Shown piece after piece: positions 19,360 to 29,047 of a stretch of DNA of 64,000 nt. Numbering within the stretch: the first letter of the stretch is position 1; each line of letters opens with the position of its first letter. The stretch is from an uncultured Gammaproteobacteria bacterium. Lineage in GTDB: Bacteria; Patescibacteriota; Microgenomatia; Levybacterales; GWA1-39-11. The stretch lies in assembly GCA_964537315.1 (NCBI GenBank), contig CAZIAP010000003.1:75919-139918 (forward strand). Direction: 5' to 3'. Both the position numbers and the translations under genes were made by a program. The notes beneath the pieces are model-generated. The model worked only from the letters and a program-made list of their open reading frames with translations, had not been told where the DNA came from and did not search any database.

Positions 19360-20592
19360 ATGAAGCTTCCTTTTCTTGGACCAGTTAAGTCTTTTTTTAG
19401 TTCCCGGTTCACATCTCCTCAGCAAAAATTTGTTGTATTCGTGGGTATGCTGGCGTTATTAATACCTGTTTTATTAGTAACCGTTGCAGAAGTGAGCAAG
19501 CGGCAAGACCAACAATCAGGTGCAAACGTTTCTATTAGTTCGGCTACCAACTGTAGTGTAAGTGATACTGAGGTAAGTCTAAGTTCTCAGGAGCAAAGTA
19601 TGCTGCAACAAGTTAACCAATACCGCCAGCAGAATGGTCTAAGTCCCCTTAATCAACAGACAGACTTGAATAGAGCTGCTGCTTGGTTTAGCAAAGATTT
19701 ATATACACATGATGCACGTGGACATATAGATTCGTTAGGTCGTGATCCGGCAAAAAGGACTAGTGACTGTGGTTATGCTTATCCAAACAGTGTAGGAGAG
19801 AATACTGGGGGCTCAAATTCAGTAACAGGAATGCTTGACTGGTGGAAAGGTTCAGATGGGCATAACCAGCAATTGCTTAAACCTACCTATAAAACAATTG
19901 GTGTGGGAAATACAGGTGATCGTTGGGTACTCGTATTTAGCCTTCAGGATGGATCAACTTCTCCAACTTCTACAAAAGCACCAACTTCACCGACTAAGTC
20001 TCAACCTACTGCAACTCGTACTCCAACACGCCCTCCAGGAACAAGTATTACTCCAACTTCTCGTCCATCACAGCCCTCAGTATCTCCAACACCTATGGGA
20101 CCGACCCCGACAACTATACCTGTTGGGAGTACAACAGTGCTTAACATTTCAGTATCCGTAACAAAAATTGTATCTCCTGCTGCAATTCCTGTAACTGTAA
20201 GAATATTTAATACACAGAATCAGGAAGTTGCGTTAAAAAATACACATTTATATTACGCTCAAGGAAATATATTCCGAGGTCAGGTGGATGCAGGAGTAAG
20301 TCTACCTACGGGGTACTACACAATGAAAATTAAAGGAATAAACACACTTCAGAAAAATATTGAACCGTATATTCAGCACGTAGAGAATAAAAAAACACAC
20401 CAGATTCCGCTTTTGGTGCTAGTCCAGGGAGATTTAAATAATGATAACTTGCTATCTGCTGCAGATATTGAGTCTTTTTTCTCGTACTTAAGCAGTCAAA
20501 ACTCAGTTGCTGATCTTAATTATGATGGGATGGTTGATGTAAGAGACTACAGCATCCTGATCAGCAGTTTTGCTCAAGTTATCGGCGACTAG
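19360..20592 (+). CDS. Surface protein: CAP/SCP domain, P/T/S linker, dockerin-like C-terminus
   Basis: VNQYRQQNGL...GEN...WKGSDGH; GDLNNDN and ADLNYDGMVDVRD. Confidence 0.85.
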   Translation: MKLPFLGPVKSFFSSRFTSPQQKFVVFVGMLALLIPVLLVTVAEVSKRQDQQSGANVSISSATNCSVSDTEVSLSSQEQSMLQQVNQYRQQNGLSPLNQQTDLNRAAAWFSKDLYTHDARGHIDSLGRDPAKRTSDCGYAYPNSVGENTGGSNSVTGMLDWWKGSDGHNQQLLKPTYKTIGVGNTGDRWVLVFSLQDGSTSPTSTKAPTSPTKSQPTATRTPTRPPGTSITPTSRPSQPSVSPTPMGPTPTTIPVGSTTVLNISVSVTKIVSPAAIPVTVRIFNTQNQEVALKNTHLYYAQGNIFRGQVDAGVSLPTGYYTMKIKGINTLQKNIEPYIQHVENKKTHQIPLLVLVQGDLNNDNLLSAADIESFFSYLSSQNSVADLNYDGMVDVRDYSILISSFAQVIGD

Positions 20593-21235
20593 GTTTATAA
20601 AGAAGTGCCATTGAGAAAAATGCAATTGCAATTCCCAGAAGACTGCCTCCTATAACGTCTGTAGTCCAGTGTTCACCCAGCGATACACGAGAATATAGCA
20701 TTAAGCTTACAAGTATTGATATTCCAGCTGTCAGTGCAAATTTTAGGAACAGATGTAATCTTTTAGACTGCCAGATAAAGAAAATTAATAGTAGCCCTAG
20801 AAATATACTGCGCATTGAGTGTCCGGATGGGTAAGACGCGTCTGTATATACATGTAGCCCCGGAAAGTCCGAATACTGTGAGCGCAAAAACATATTAGGA
20901 GGACCAGGATGATTGAGAATAGTTTTTCCGATAAGTTCTATAACATGAGCAAATCCAAATATTCCAAACACAAATAATCCCCAGATTTTCCTTCTCCAAA
21001 TTAATAGTAGTACGAGAAAAATTAGAGTGTACTCAAATCTTCCTATCACACTTAATGCAGAGAAAAAAGCATCCAGTCTCAATGGAGTAATATTTTGAAG
21101 TCGATGGGTGGTGTCAAAATCAAGTGAAGTAAATATATTTTCTCGTACTAAAAGAGTGAAAAACAAAAAGAGAAGGAAAAAAAATGAACCTGAGAGCACA
21201 AAAAAGATATGTCGTTTAGTGATTTTAGACAGCAT
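20579..21235 (-). CDS. PAP2-family phosphatase
   Basis: SYPSGH, SRVSLGEHWTTDVIGG. Confidence 0.9.
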   Translation of the reverse strand: MLSKITKRHIFFVLSGSFFFLLFLFFTLLVRENIFTSLDFDTTHRLQNITPLRLDAFFSALSVIGRFEYTLIFLVLLLIWRRKIWGLFVFGIFGFAHVIELIGKTILNHPGPPNMFLRSQYSDFPGLHVYTDASYPSGHSMRSIFLGLLLIFFIWQSKRLHLFLKFALTAGISILVSLMLYSRVSLGEHWTTDVIGGSLLGIAIAFFSMALLYKPSRR

Positions 21236-21243
21236 GCTATTTA

Positions 21244-21594
21244 TTATACAGAAGAAGGAGTTGGATGTGGAGTTCTATTATGCGTAACGTGATTTATGAT
21301 CAAGCCTGCTGTAACAATAGTTGCTGCTCCTATTACCGTCATTACTTTGTGACTGTTGGCTGAATCAACTGCGAGTTTGACTACTTGTTTAAAAGATTCT
21401 GATGCTGTATGAGCAAGGTTATAAACTGTGTTCTCCCTCATGGCAGTCTCAGCTGGATAATAGTGTTCAGTCTCTGTTTCTATTACTTGATCTTGAATCC
21501 CATTGTGAAAAATAGAGTAGTCAATATAGGATGTTTCATTTCCTGATAAATGATTGTTACGCACAGAAGGATGAGCAAGTAGCTCAGTTTTCAT
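21244..21594 (-). CDS. Hypothetical protein with C-terminal TM helix
   Basis: 116-aa ORF in line with rnhB and the PAP2 gene. Confidence 0.6.
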   Translation of the reverse strand: MKTELLAHPSVRNNHLSGNETSYIDYSIFHNGIQDQVIETETEHYYPAETAMRENTVYNLAHTASESFKQVVKLAVDSANSHKVMTVIGAATIVTAGLIINHVTHNRTPHPTPSSV

Positions 21595-21670
21595 ATCCTG
21601 AGATTAGTGTATGATTTTCAATTACAAATTACAAGCAGTATTATTGGCTTTTTAAGTGCTAACTTTTCTG

Positions 21671-22321
21671 CTATAGATATCTTTTTATATATAATGTGCG
21701 GTGTTGATTACAGGAACCATGTGTTTGGATTGCTATTCTGTGATCTAAGGTCCCGTATCCCTTATTACGGTCCCAGCTATAATGGGGGTATTCATTTGCC
21801 AGTTCTGACATATAAGAGTCACGGGTTACTTTTGCGATAATAGATGCGGCAGCAATTGAAAGCGAGATGGAATCGCCTCTAATGATGTTCTTATAAGAAA
21901 TGTTTATTGACGTATCTTTGTATGGATCATGTGTCCCATCCAATAAGACAAAAACCTTTTGTTGAGGGATTTTTTCTCTCAATTCTTGAGTAACCTGGAG
22001 TATGGCAGAGTTAAGTGCATACATGATTCCATGATGATTTATAGTATCACAATCAGTGCTTGCAGTTGCATGGAGAAGGTTTTCGTTAAGCAATCTATTT
22101 TTTAGCAACTCCCGTTTTATCGGAGATAGTTTTTTTGAATCATTTATACCAAGCGCACAGAGTCTTGTTATCTCTTCCAGATCAGAGGTGGGAGTAAAAG
22201 CAACAGCAGAAACGTGTACTGGTCCTGCAAATGCACCTCGTCCTACTTCATCTATGCCTATTACGGTATATCCTTTATTCCATAAATCTATTTCTTCATT
22301 GAGGCTAGGAAGCATCTTCAT
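21671..22321 (-). CDS. rnhB: Ribonuclease HII
   Basis: GIDEVGRG, DSKKL, IAAASIIAKVTRD, NKGYGT. Confidence 0.96.
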   Translation of the reverse strand: MKMLPSLNEEIDLWNKGYTVIGIDEVGRGAFAGPVHVSAVAFTPTSDLEEITRLCALGINDSKKLSPIKRELLKNRLLNENLLHATASTDCDTINHHGIMYALNSAILQVTQELREKIPQQKVFVLLDGTHDPYKDTSINISYKNIIRGDSISLSIAAASIIAKVTRDSYMSELANEYPHYSWDRNKGYGTLDHRIAIQTHGSCNQHRTLYIKRYL

Positions 22322-22346
22322 GCGTCTATTGTAGCAAAATAGTTAA

Positions 22347-22370
22347 GGGCGGACCTAAAGTGATCCGCCC
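22347..22370 (-). terminator. Intrinsic terminator-like hairpin
   Basis: GGGCGGA...TCCGCCC. Confidence 0.7.
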
Positions 22371-22390
22371 GATTATTATTCGCCGTTTGG

Positions 22391-22588
22391 CTATTTGATA
22401 GGCAGGTTCACCTGCCGAATCTTCTCTGTCCTTATGCCTGGATTGAGGTACTCATCAGGAAGATCAATATAAGGAGAGCAGTACTGCTCCTGGTCTGGAG
22501 TAAGGTCCATCATCCTTGTGAGCTTTTTGCAAGTCTTGCAGAACCCAAAACGATCGATTTTCGTTCCCTGGCAATGAACGCAACTCAT
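22391..22588 (-). CDS. Small orphan Zn-ribbon protein
   Basis: CVHC...CKTC; ATG after GAAGGGGAG. Confidence 0.6.
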   Translation of the reverse strand: MSCVHCQGTKIDRFGFCKTCKKLTRMMDLTPDQEQYCSPYIDLPDEYLNPGIRTEKIRQVNLPIK

Positions 22589-22791
22589 GCTTATTTTTCT
22601 CCCCTTCGAAGAAAACACGACTACACGAATTTGTTAAGTGCCTATAGGCATCATCCTTTCTGATAAACGGCAGAATAAAACTAGTAATGAGCAAATTAAT
22701 ACAAATTTACTTTCCTAGGCAAAAATAAGGAGTAAATTTGTATGTTTATGTATTTTATGAAATATATTCTAGGAATACAACTTTTCAAGGG

Positions 22792-23541
22792 TTACCTACA
22801 AAGTGAGTTACAAGCTATGCCGTCATTATTACCATCAAGATTTTTGCATCCACACTGGTTTAACTGGAATGTTGCTTCTGCGCACGTTGTAATGACTGAG
22901 CATGTTTTGCTGCAATCACATGTAAACGAAGAAGGGGAAGAAGGAGAGGATGAAGAAGATGTTTGACACGATCCCCACAGGCCAATATTTTTTTCTCTTG
23001 CTTGTTGCTCAAGTGTATCAAGTTGATCCTGGTATTTGATGTCAGGAGGATAAGCAGAGGAGTGAGCATAACCTTCACGAACGAGCATTTCATTTACCAT
23101 TTCTCCGCTTTGAAGATACACATATCGTAATAACCTGCCGTATCTATCCGTATCTGAAACATCTTTTTCCAAATATACTGTTTTTCCGGTCACTAGAATT
23201 TTATTATAATCGCTTGCCTCTTTCCCAAAGCACTGTACAGGTCGCCTGGGATCTACAGTTTCAGGTGTGTCTATACCTATATATCTGAGTGTTCTACCAT
23301 CTGTGAGTTTTATTGTGTCTCCATCTACGACTGAGGCTATGGACACTTCTTCAAGATTCTTTTCTCCCAGTACTGTTTGTGATAGGTCGTTATTAGCTTG
23401 AGTGGGTTTAGAGGAACTTGTAGGTGTAGGTAGGGCGTTCGTAAGTAATTCTGGATTTGTCTGTAGCTTATTATGGGTAAGAGTACTGATAGTGATCAGT
23501 AGGCTTGCAATAATCAGCAAAAAAGGTAGTTTTTTTATCAT
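22792..23541 (-). CDS. Secreted thermonuclease (SNase) with Cys-rich Excalibur-like tail
   Basis: VDGDT, RYIGIDTPE, DRYGRLLRYV; LDGNNDGIAC. Confidence 0.92.
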   Translation of the reverse strand: MIKKLPFLLIIASLLITISTLTHNKLQTNPELLTNALPTPTSSSKPTQANNDLSQTVLGEKNLEEVSIASVVDGDTIKLTDGRTLRYIGIDTPETVDPRRPVQCFGKEASDYNKILVTGKTVYLEKDVSDTDRYGRLLRYVYLQSGEMVNEMLVREGYAHSSAYPPDIKYQDQLDTLEQQAREKNIGLWGSCQTSSSSSPSSPSSFTCDCSKTCSVITTCAEATFQLNQCGCKNLDGNNDGIACNSLCR

Positions 23542-23626
23542 ACCTTACCATAGCATAGGGAAGATGAATGTTGCAAAGTAGTTAAAAAGACAAGGCATAC
23601 AAAAAATTTAATGCAGTATGTAAGGA

Positions 23627-23646
23627 GGCGGGGGAATTCCCCCGCC
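23627..23646 (-). terminator. Palindromic terminator-like hairpin
   Basis: GGCGGGGGAATTCCCCCGCC. Confidence 0.7.
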
Positions 23647-23855
23647 TAACTATCTTCAGTTTTGACAATACTTAGTGTACCTGCCTCAAGCATTTGATCA
23701 AAAATGCCCTTAGAATAATCGGATTCCTTTTCGTAGTCGGACCACTTGATTAGAATGAACTTAGGATTAAGTTCGTTTGGAAGAATCCAGGTTACTTTTC
23801 CATAGCATTTAAAGATACGATCGTAAATAAGGGTGCCAATTGTATAATCATGCAC
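23646..23855 (-). CDS. Small orphan protein, SH3-like beta-barrel pattern
   Basis: GTG after AAGGAG; IGTLIYDRIFKCYGKVTWI. Confidence 0.6.
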   Translation of the reverse strand: MHDYTIGTLIYDRIFKCYGKVTWILPNELNPKFILIKWSDYEKESDYSKGIFDQMLEAGTLSIVKTEDS

Positions 23856-23867
23856 TTAGATCTCCTT

Positions 23868-24371
23868 TTACTTTAAGCTATAACGGCGTATTCTCTCATC
23901 AATTTTTCTAGATAAAAATACTGCCCCTCCATAGGATAAAATCCAACAGAAAGAAAGAAGAATTCCCAATTTTAGTTCATCATCTTTTATTCCGATTAAT
24001 AGTATTGAGACCGCATAATAAACTCCAGACAAGATCAAAAAGAAGGTGATGAAGTTTCTCTGATTAGTCTTTATGCTAGGATTCCTTTGAATCTCCTTAC
24101 TAAAAATGAAGTACTGAATCAAAATTCCCAAATAGTCTGGAAGTTCTTCATCTGACAAATCTCTTTCCTTTAATGGTGGGCGGGTCTTTGTCAGAAAAAC
24201 ATTAACTATGGCGATACTCCCCTCTAAAATTAAGGCTAACAGTAAACCAAATATTAGTCCTAGGTACAAAATTAAGGTAACCTCGTCTGCTGAACCAAGA
24301 AGCCTGTGCAAAACAACAATTGCACAAATGATTACAGCGCTGAAAACAACTCTGTACAACCAATACTTCAC
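23868..24371 (-). CDS. Orphan four-TM membrane protein
   Basis: GTG after AGAAAGGA; TGCTATAATTCAC promoter at about 24458-24470. Confidence 0.7.
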   Translation of the reverse strand: MKYWLYRVVFSAVIICAIVVLHRLLGSADEVTLILYLGLIFGLLLALILEGSIAIVNVFLTKTRPPLKERDLSDEELPDYLGILIQYFIFSKEIQRNPSIKTNQRNFITFFLILSGVYYAVSILLIGIKDDELKLGILLSFCWILSYGGAVFLSRKIDERIRRYSLK

Positions 24372-24932
24372 GATAGTTCCTTTCTACTAAAACGTATGCC
24401 TTGTCAATGTGCGGAACATACCTATTATCTGCACAGATGCAGAGCAGGCAATTAGAAGTGAATTATAGCATGAAAGTGGGTGAGAAGCACATTTACAAGC
24501 TAGGTCTCATGAGAATCGCAGAAGTAATTATCTGAATTACCATAATAAGCAAAAATATGAAAAGTTTAGGTGGTACAGTTCGAGCAATCATAGTTAAATT
24601 ATCAGTGTGAAATAAATCATCAGCTCCGCAAGCACAATACTTGCAAGCGTCAGTCCCTTAATTGGATTAATATGTAATTTTTTTAGTATTTTTACTATCA
24701 TGCAAGCTTAATAATACGCGTGAAAAGTAAAATAAAGTTAGTATTTTTTGTAAGAAAGATGAAACAGATTGCTGTGTCAGTCTAAAATGTTTTATCACGT
24801 GAAAATTTGCTGTCTTTATTTTAGATTTAATATCTAGAACAATTTAATTGCTTAGGTGTATAATACTTTAAATAGCTAAGTTTGGTGCCAGAGCGCCTCT
24901 GGTAACAGGTTAAGTAGTGATAGGAGGACACC

Positions 24933-25130
24933 GTGCAAACGTCTCTTAGTACAACGGTACCCACCATTTTCACGCTGATGCAGATGGGTTTCACTGAATC
25001 GGAGATTGATGGTTTACTCAAGCTTCGTAAGCATTATCCGTTTATAGAGTTTACGGATTCAGGCAAACAGTGGAATCGACTTAAGTTCGTTAAGTGGCGG
25101 TATACTAACGGCGATTTAGCTAGAAGATAG
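24933..25130 (+). CDS. Small hypothetical protein (65 aa)
   Basis: GTG after TAGGAGG; MGFTESEIDGLLKLR...RLKFVKWRY. Confidence 0.7.
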   Translation: MQTSLSTTVPTIFTLMQMGFTESEIDGLLKLRKHYPFIEFTDSGKQWNRLKFVKWRYTNGDLARR

Positions 25131-25157
25131 GGAGAATTTCATCCTTATATTTAACTG

Positions 25158-25268
25158 GGAGAGAAAGGAAAGTCCTTAGGACAGTCTGAATACTACGTTT
25201 GTATTTGATGTACATGCGCACTGCATGACTACAGCAATCAAACGGAGAACTCAGATTCCTTTCTCTCC
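25158..25268. ncRNA. Candidate rod-shaped structured RNA
   Basis: 13-bp closing stem GGAGAGAAAGGAA/TTCCTTTCTCTCC with nested stems. Confidence 0.45.
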
Positions 25269-25426
25269 TCACGCTTTAGGATAGAATTATAAACCCAAAC
25301 CAAGCAATTGCCAGTCCAATAGATAATATAGAGAGACTTATACCTATCACCCTCCAGTCTCTAGAAGAAATTCCCCAGAAATTTTTTTCGTTCATGTAAC
25401 CTATTATATAACGTATAGAGTAAGAG

Positions 25427-26152
25427 CTAGCCTTCGTCTATCTCAATTCGTATAACGTCGCCTTTGCGTGCGAATACCTTAATTTCTGATTCAGGATGTT
25501 GTTTTTTTTCCGATTCGTCAGTACTAGATTCTCCTCCTTTTGCGCCCGACATATACATGTTAGGTCTCAGATAATCCTCAACCTCTTTTCGCTCCTCTGA
25601 GTGTGTAATCTCAGGCTTTTCTTCATTTTCAGTTATAGAAGGTGATGGCTGGTCAATGACTTTAATATCAAATGCACCATAATCCTCAAAAATATGCTTT
25701 ACAAAAGACTCATCTTCACTTCGAGTGGGTACAGCAAGTAATATTGCACCTGTTTTTACTTGTTTTTCATAATGTTGGGCATCCTTTTTACTGAGACCCA
25801 GTGAGGTAAGTGCTCCGATGAGTCCACCTGCTATAGCACCGGTTGTGGCTCCTGCAAAGCTTGCTGCTGCAGCACCTGTAAGGCCGAGCGCAGTAGCAAT
25901 GGGACCTCCAATAAGAAATGCACCTATTCCTGGTATTGCAATAGCACCTACTAACCCGGCAATACCGCCTATGATAGCGCCTGTTGCTGCTCCTCCTGCT
26001 AAATCTTTACTTGTGTCTCCATCTTCTTCTCTTGCATTTTCATCTTTCATGATTATAGAAAAATCCTGAGCATTGAATTTCTCTGCTTTGAATTTGTCGA
26101 TTGCTTTTTCTACGTTTTCACGTGTATTAAATAAACCAATCAATGTTTTCAC
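25427..26152 (-). CDS. General stress protein (YflT/17M-like, glycine zipper)
   Basis: GAATGAIIGG...IPGIG...GP motif; GTG after GGGAGGTGA. Confidence 0.8.
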   Translation of the reverse strand: MKTLIGLFNTRENVEKAIDKFKAEKFNAQDFSIIMKDENAREEDGDTSKDLAGGAATGAIIGGIAGLVGAIAIPGIGAFLIGGPIATALGLTGAAAASFAGATTGAIAGGLIGALTSLGLSKKDAQHYEKQVKTGAILLAVPTRSEDESFVKHIFEDYGAFDIKVIDQPSPSITENEEKPEITHSEERKEVEDYLRPNMYMSGAKGGESSTDESEKKQHPESEIKVFARKGDVIRIEIDEG

Positions 26153-26246
26153 ATATATCACCTCCCTGTGATTTTTTCCACAATATAGTAATGTCATTAA
26201 CTCCTAACTAAAAGGTGGTAAGAGTTGCGTGAGAATAAGGGATCTA

Positions 26247-27269
26247 CTAGCGTTTGAATACGAAAGATCTTGCAGCTATAAGGCGATTGTATAAAATGGT
26301 GATTGCAAGGATAATAAAAATTGCTGTTACAGTATATATAGGAGCCAGATAGGTATTACGAATAGCATCAATAGTTTCTGAGTTAATCACCATTCTGAGG
26401 TAGTGAGTAAAGTATGTGAAGACAATTATATGCCATATAAAAAGCTCTAAAGATTTTTGACCTATGAATTCAAGTACTCTGTTACTCCCGATAATGTAAC
26501 TAATCATAAGTGTGGCACCTATTCCGCTAAGTGCTGACAGATAAAACAGGAAGAAATTGCTGTATCTGTTAAGGCGCATATCAATCTGATATCCGTACCA
26601 ATCAAAGTTTATTGACGCAAAGATAATGCTTATAGCTACTAATCCAAAGAAGGTTGGCCAAGCGATTTTTTTGACTGTCTCCATTATCTGCTTCTCATTT
26701 ATCTTCCATAAATAGCCGAAACCGAAAAACACTGTTGCAGTCATGGCAGTTTCTATTCCAAAAGGTAGTTTTATACCTGGATAAACTAATGAAAATATAT
26801 ATGCCACTACTGACAATACGGCTAGTGCAGGAAGAATATATTTTTGACGTAGAGAGATCTTGGTAAGTAACCAAAAGCTTATTTTAGTCACGAAAAGACA
26901 TGGTAAAAACCATAGAACGACATTGAAAAACAGACCATTACTGTTACCATAAATAACTCCAATAAAATGTTGGTACACGCTCTCTACCGCAGGCAATGAC
27001 GAACGGTTTGCAAGCCAAATAAGATAGCTTAAAAATGCAAATAATAAGTAGGGAATAATGATCGTTTTAAAATTTTTCCTGAGGAACGGTAAAAAATCTG
27101 AATTTTTTCTAGGTGAGAAAACTATGCCTGAAAGGAAGAAAAATAATGGCATATGAAATGCGTAGATCAGATGTCTATAGCTGTCACCAGATACTGCATG
27201 ACCGTAAAGAACGGCAATGATTCCGATACCTCTGGCAATATCTACCCATGAAACCCGCCTCGATTGCAT
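26247..27269 (-). CDS. Acyltransferase family 3
   Basis: WVDIARGIGI..V..GH, FHMPLFFFLSG, LWFLPCLF. Confidence 0.9.
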   Translation of the reverse strand: MQSRRVSWVDIARGIGIIAVLYGHAVSGDSYRHLIYAFHMPLFFFLSGIVFSPRKNSDFLPFLRKNFKTIIIPYLLFAFLSYLIWLANRSSLPAVESVYQHFIGVIYGNSNGLFFNVVLWFLPCLFVTKISFWLLTKISLRQKYILPALAVLSVVAYIFSLVYPGIKLPFGIETAMTATVFFGFGYLWKINEKQIMETVKKIAWPTFFGLVAISIIFASINFDWYGYQIDMRLNRYSNFFLFYLSALSGIGATLMISYIIGSNRVLEFIGQKSLELFIWHIIVFTYFTHYLRMVINSETIDAIRNTYLAPIYTVTAIFIILAITILYNRLIAARSFVFKR

Positions 27270-27359
27270 CGAATCAGTATTCCATGAATGCAAAAAGATG
27301 TCAAGCGTATCTATTGGTTTTTTTATAGCGATGTGAGTATATTAATATAAGGAGCCATT

Positions 27360-28145
27360 GTGCAATCAGTCGAACTTCTACATTCTCATGAGTTCGTCCA
27401 TTTTTCTCCCTCAGGTGGAGAGAATAAAACTCGTCAAAAAGGAACTGTAGTGTTAATTGGGGGAAGAGCAAGAGAAGAATCTTTGGAAGCTGTCGTAAGG
27501 TATCTGCCTAATAATAAAACATTAACGATTGCGACTATTGCCTCAGAAGAACAAGAAGATGAAAATTATGCCTATTACAGTGATTTTTTCAATACGCGAG
27601 GTATACCTACAACGCATCTAGGTTCTAAAATGCTCGAAAGTATTTCTGATTTTGGTATCTCATCTGAAACGTCCGGTATATTTTATTCTGGTGGTAATCA
27701 AGAGCGTATTATGAAATTGATGAAGCAAGGCGATTATAAAAAGCTTCATGAGTTTTATAATAACGGTGGATTCATAGGTGGTACCTCAGCCGGAGCATCT
27801 GTAATGGGAGAAATTATGCCAGTAGGACAAAAGCATACTCAAGGTTTAAGAATTGTTCCATATATTATTGATCAGCACGTTCAAAGACTTGATAGACAAG
27901 GTAGGGCAGAGAGGTTAGTAGAACAATATCCTGATTTAGTGGGAGTAAAAATAGATGAGAATACAGCCTGGATATATAATAACGGTCAGATGAATGTAGA
28001 GGGAGAGGGATCAGTAAGTTTGATAATTGCTAGCAAGGAAGATAATACAATAAACTCTACTTTGTTAGAACATGTGGTTATGCGAGATGGAGAAAGTTAT
28101 GACCTATCTCAGTTCGAGAATCAAAAAGAATTTGGTTTCAAATAA
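27360..28145 (+). CDS. Cyanophycinase-like peptidase (S51)
   Basis: LIGG, SGGNQ, GGTSAGA, IDQH, IDENTA. Confidence 0.8.
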   Translation: MQSVELLHSHEFVHFSPSGGENKTRQKGTVVLIGGRAREESLEAVVRYLPNNKTLTIATIASEEQEDENYAYYSDFFNTRGIPTTHLGSKMLESISDFGISSETSGIFYSGGNQERIMKLMKQGDYKKLHEFYNNGGFIGGTSAGASVMGEIMPVGQKHTQGLRIVPYIIDQHVQRLDRQGRAERLVEQYPDLVGVKIDENTAWIYNNGQMNVEGEGSVSLIIASKEDNTINSTLLEHVVMRDGESYDLSQFENQKEFGFK

Positions 28146-28163
28146 TACGTTTATCCTAATGAA

Positions 28164-28880
28164 ATGATGAAGAGAAAGAAAGTAATAGTTATTTTTTTAA
28201 TAGTTATCTTGGTATTACTATTTGCGTGTTATAGCCTATTTCAAATAAGCAAATCACGAACATATCAATTTTTTGGTGAAATTGTTCATCGTGTAGATAC
28301 TGATGAAAAAGTAGTAGCGTTAACGTTTGATGATGGTCCTACAGAATACACAGCAGATGTTTTAAATACTCTTAAAGAAAAGGATGTTAAAGCCACATTT
28401 TTTGTCATGGGAAGAGATTTAGAAGACAATCTTCAGGTTGGTAAAGATATTGTTTCACAAGGTCATGAGTTGGGTAACCACACATATTCACATCAGAGAA
28501 TGTATTTAAAATCACCAGCCTTTATAGCAAGCGAGATTGAAAATACAAACAAGCTTATTAGAGATACTGGGTATAAAGAAGAGATACATTTCCGTCCACC
28601 GTACGGTAAAAAGTTGTTTGGACTTCCATGGTATTTGAGTAAAAACAATATCAAAACAATCATGTGGGACGTAGAGCCTGATTCATATGGAAACTCTGCA
28701 AATTTTATTGTTAATTACGCTATAGAAAACGTTAAACCAGGTTCAATCATCCTGCTTCACCCGTTTTGTAAATCGTGTAATGGACAAAGAGAAGCTATAA
28801 GCGAGATTATTGAAAGATTGCATACTGAAGGATATAAATTCGTAACAGTATCAGAACTCTTGACTTTGGAAGAGAAGTAG
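28164..28880 (+). CDS. Polysaccharide deacetylase (CE4)
   Basis: ALTFDDGP, NHTYSH, FRPPYG, IILLH. Confidence 0.92.
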   Translation: MMKRKKVIVIFLIVILVLLFACYSLFQISKSRTYQFFGEIVHRVDTDEKVVALTFDDGPTEYTADVLNTLKEKDVKATFFVMGRDLEDNLQVGKDIVSQGHELGNHTYSHQRMYLKSPAFIASEIENTNKLIRDTGYKEEIHFRPPYGKKLFGLPWYLSKNNIKTIMWDVEPDSYGNSANFIVNYAIENVKPGSIILLHPFCKSCNGQREAISEIIERLHTEGYKFVTVSELLTLEEK

Positions 28881-28897
28881 AACGCAATTGTTTATTG

Positions 28898-28968
28898 CAG
28901 GGTCGCCGGGACTCGAACCCAGAAGAGGGGTTTTGGAGACCCCCATGATACCATTTCATCACGACCCT
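28898..28968 (-). tRNA. tRNA-Trp(CCA)
   Basis: GGGGT-CTCCAAA-ACCCC, GGTTCGAGTCC. Confidence 0.93.
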
Positions 28969-28972
28969 TCGG

Positions 28973-28988
28973 TCCGCCAGCTGGCGGA
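28973..28988. repeat. 16-bp palindrome TCCGCCAGCTGGCGGA, copy 2
   Basis: Identical to 14133-14148. Confidence 0.85.
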
Positions 28989-29047
28989 TTCAGAGTTGTA
29001 CCCTAAGTAGGTAAAGGTATTATAAGGAAATTACAGTTGGCTTGCAA

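Noticed and set aside
24480-24850. Long non-coding gap with a few GTGAAA words
   Set aside because: Motifs are too short and irregular to distinguish from chance.
25164-25176. AAGGAAAGTCC resembling the RNase P RNA P4 signature
   Set aside because: The other conserved RNase P regions are missing and the element is only about 110 nt.
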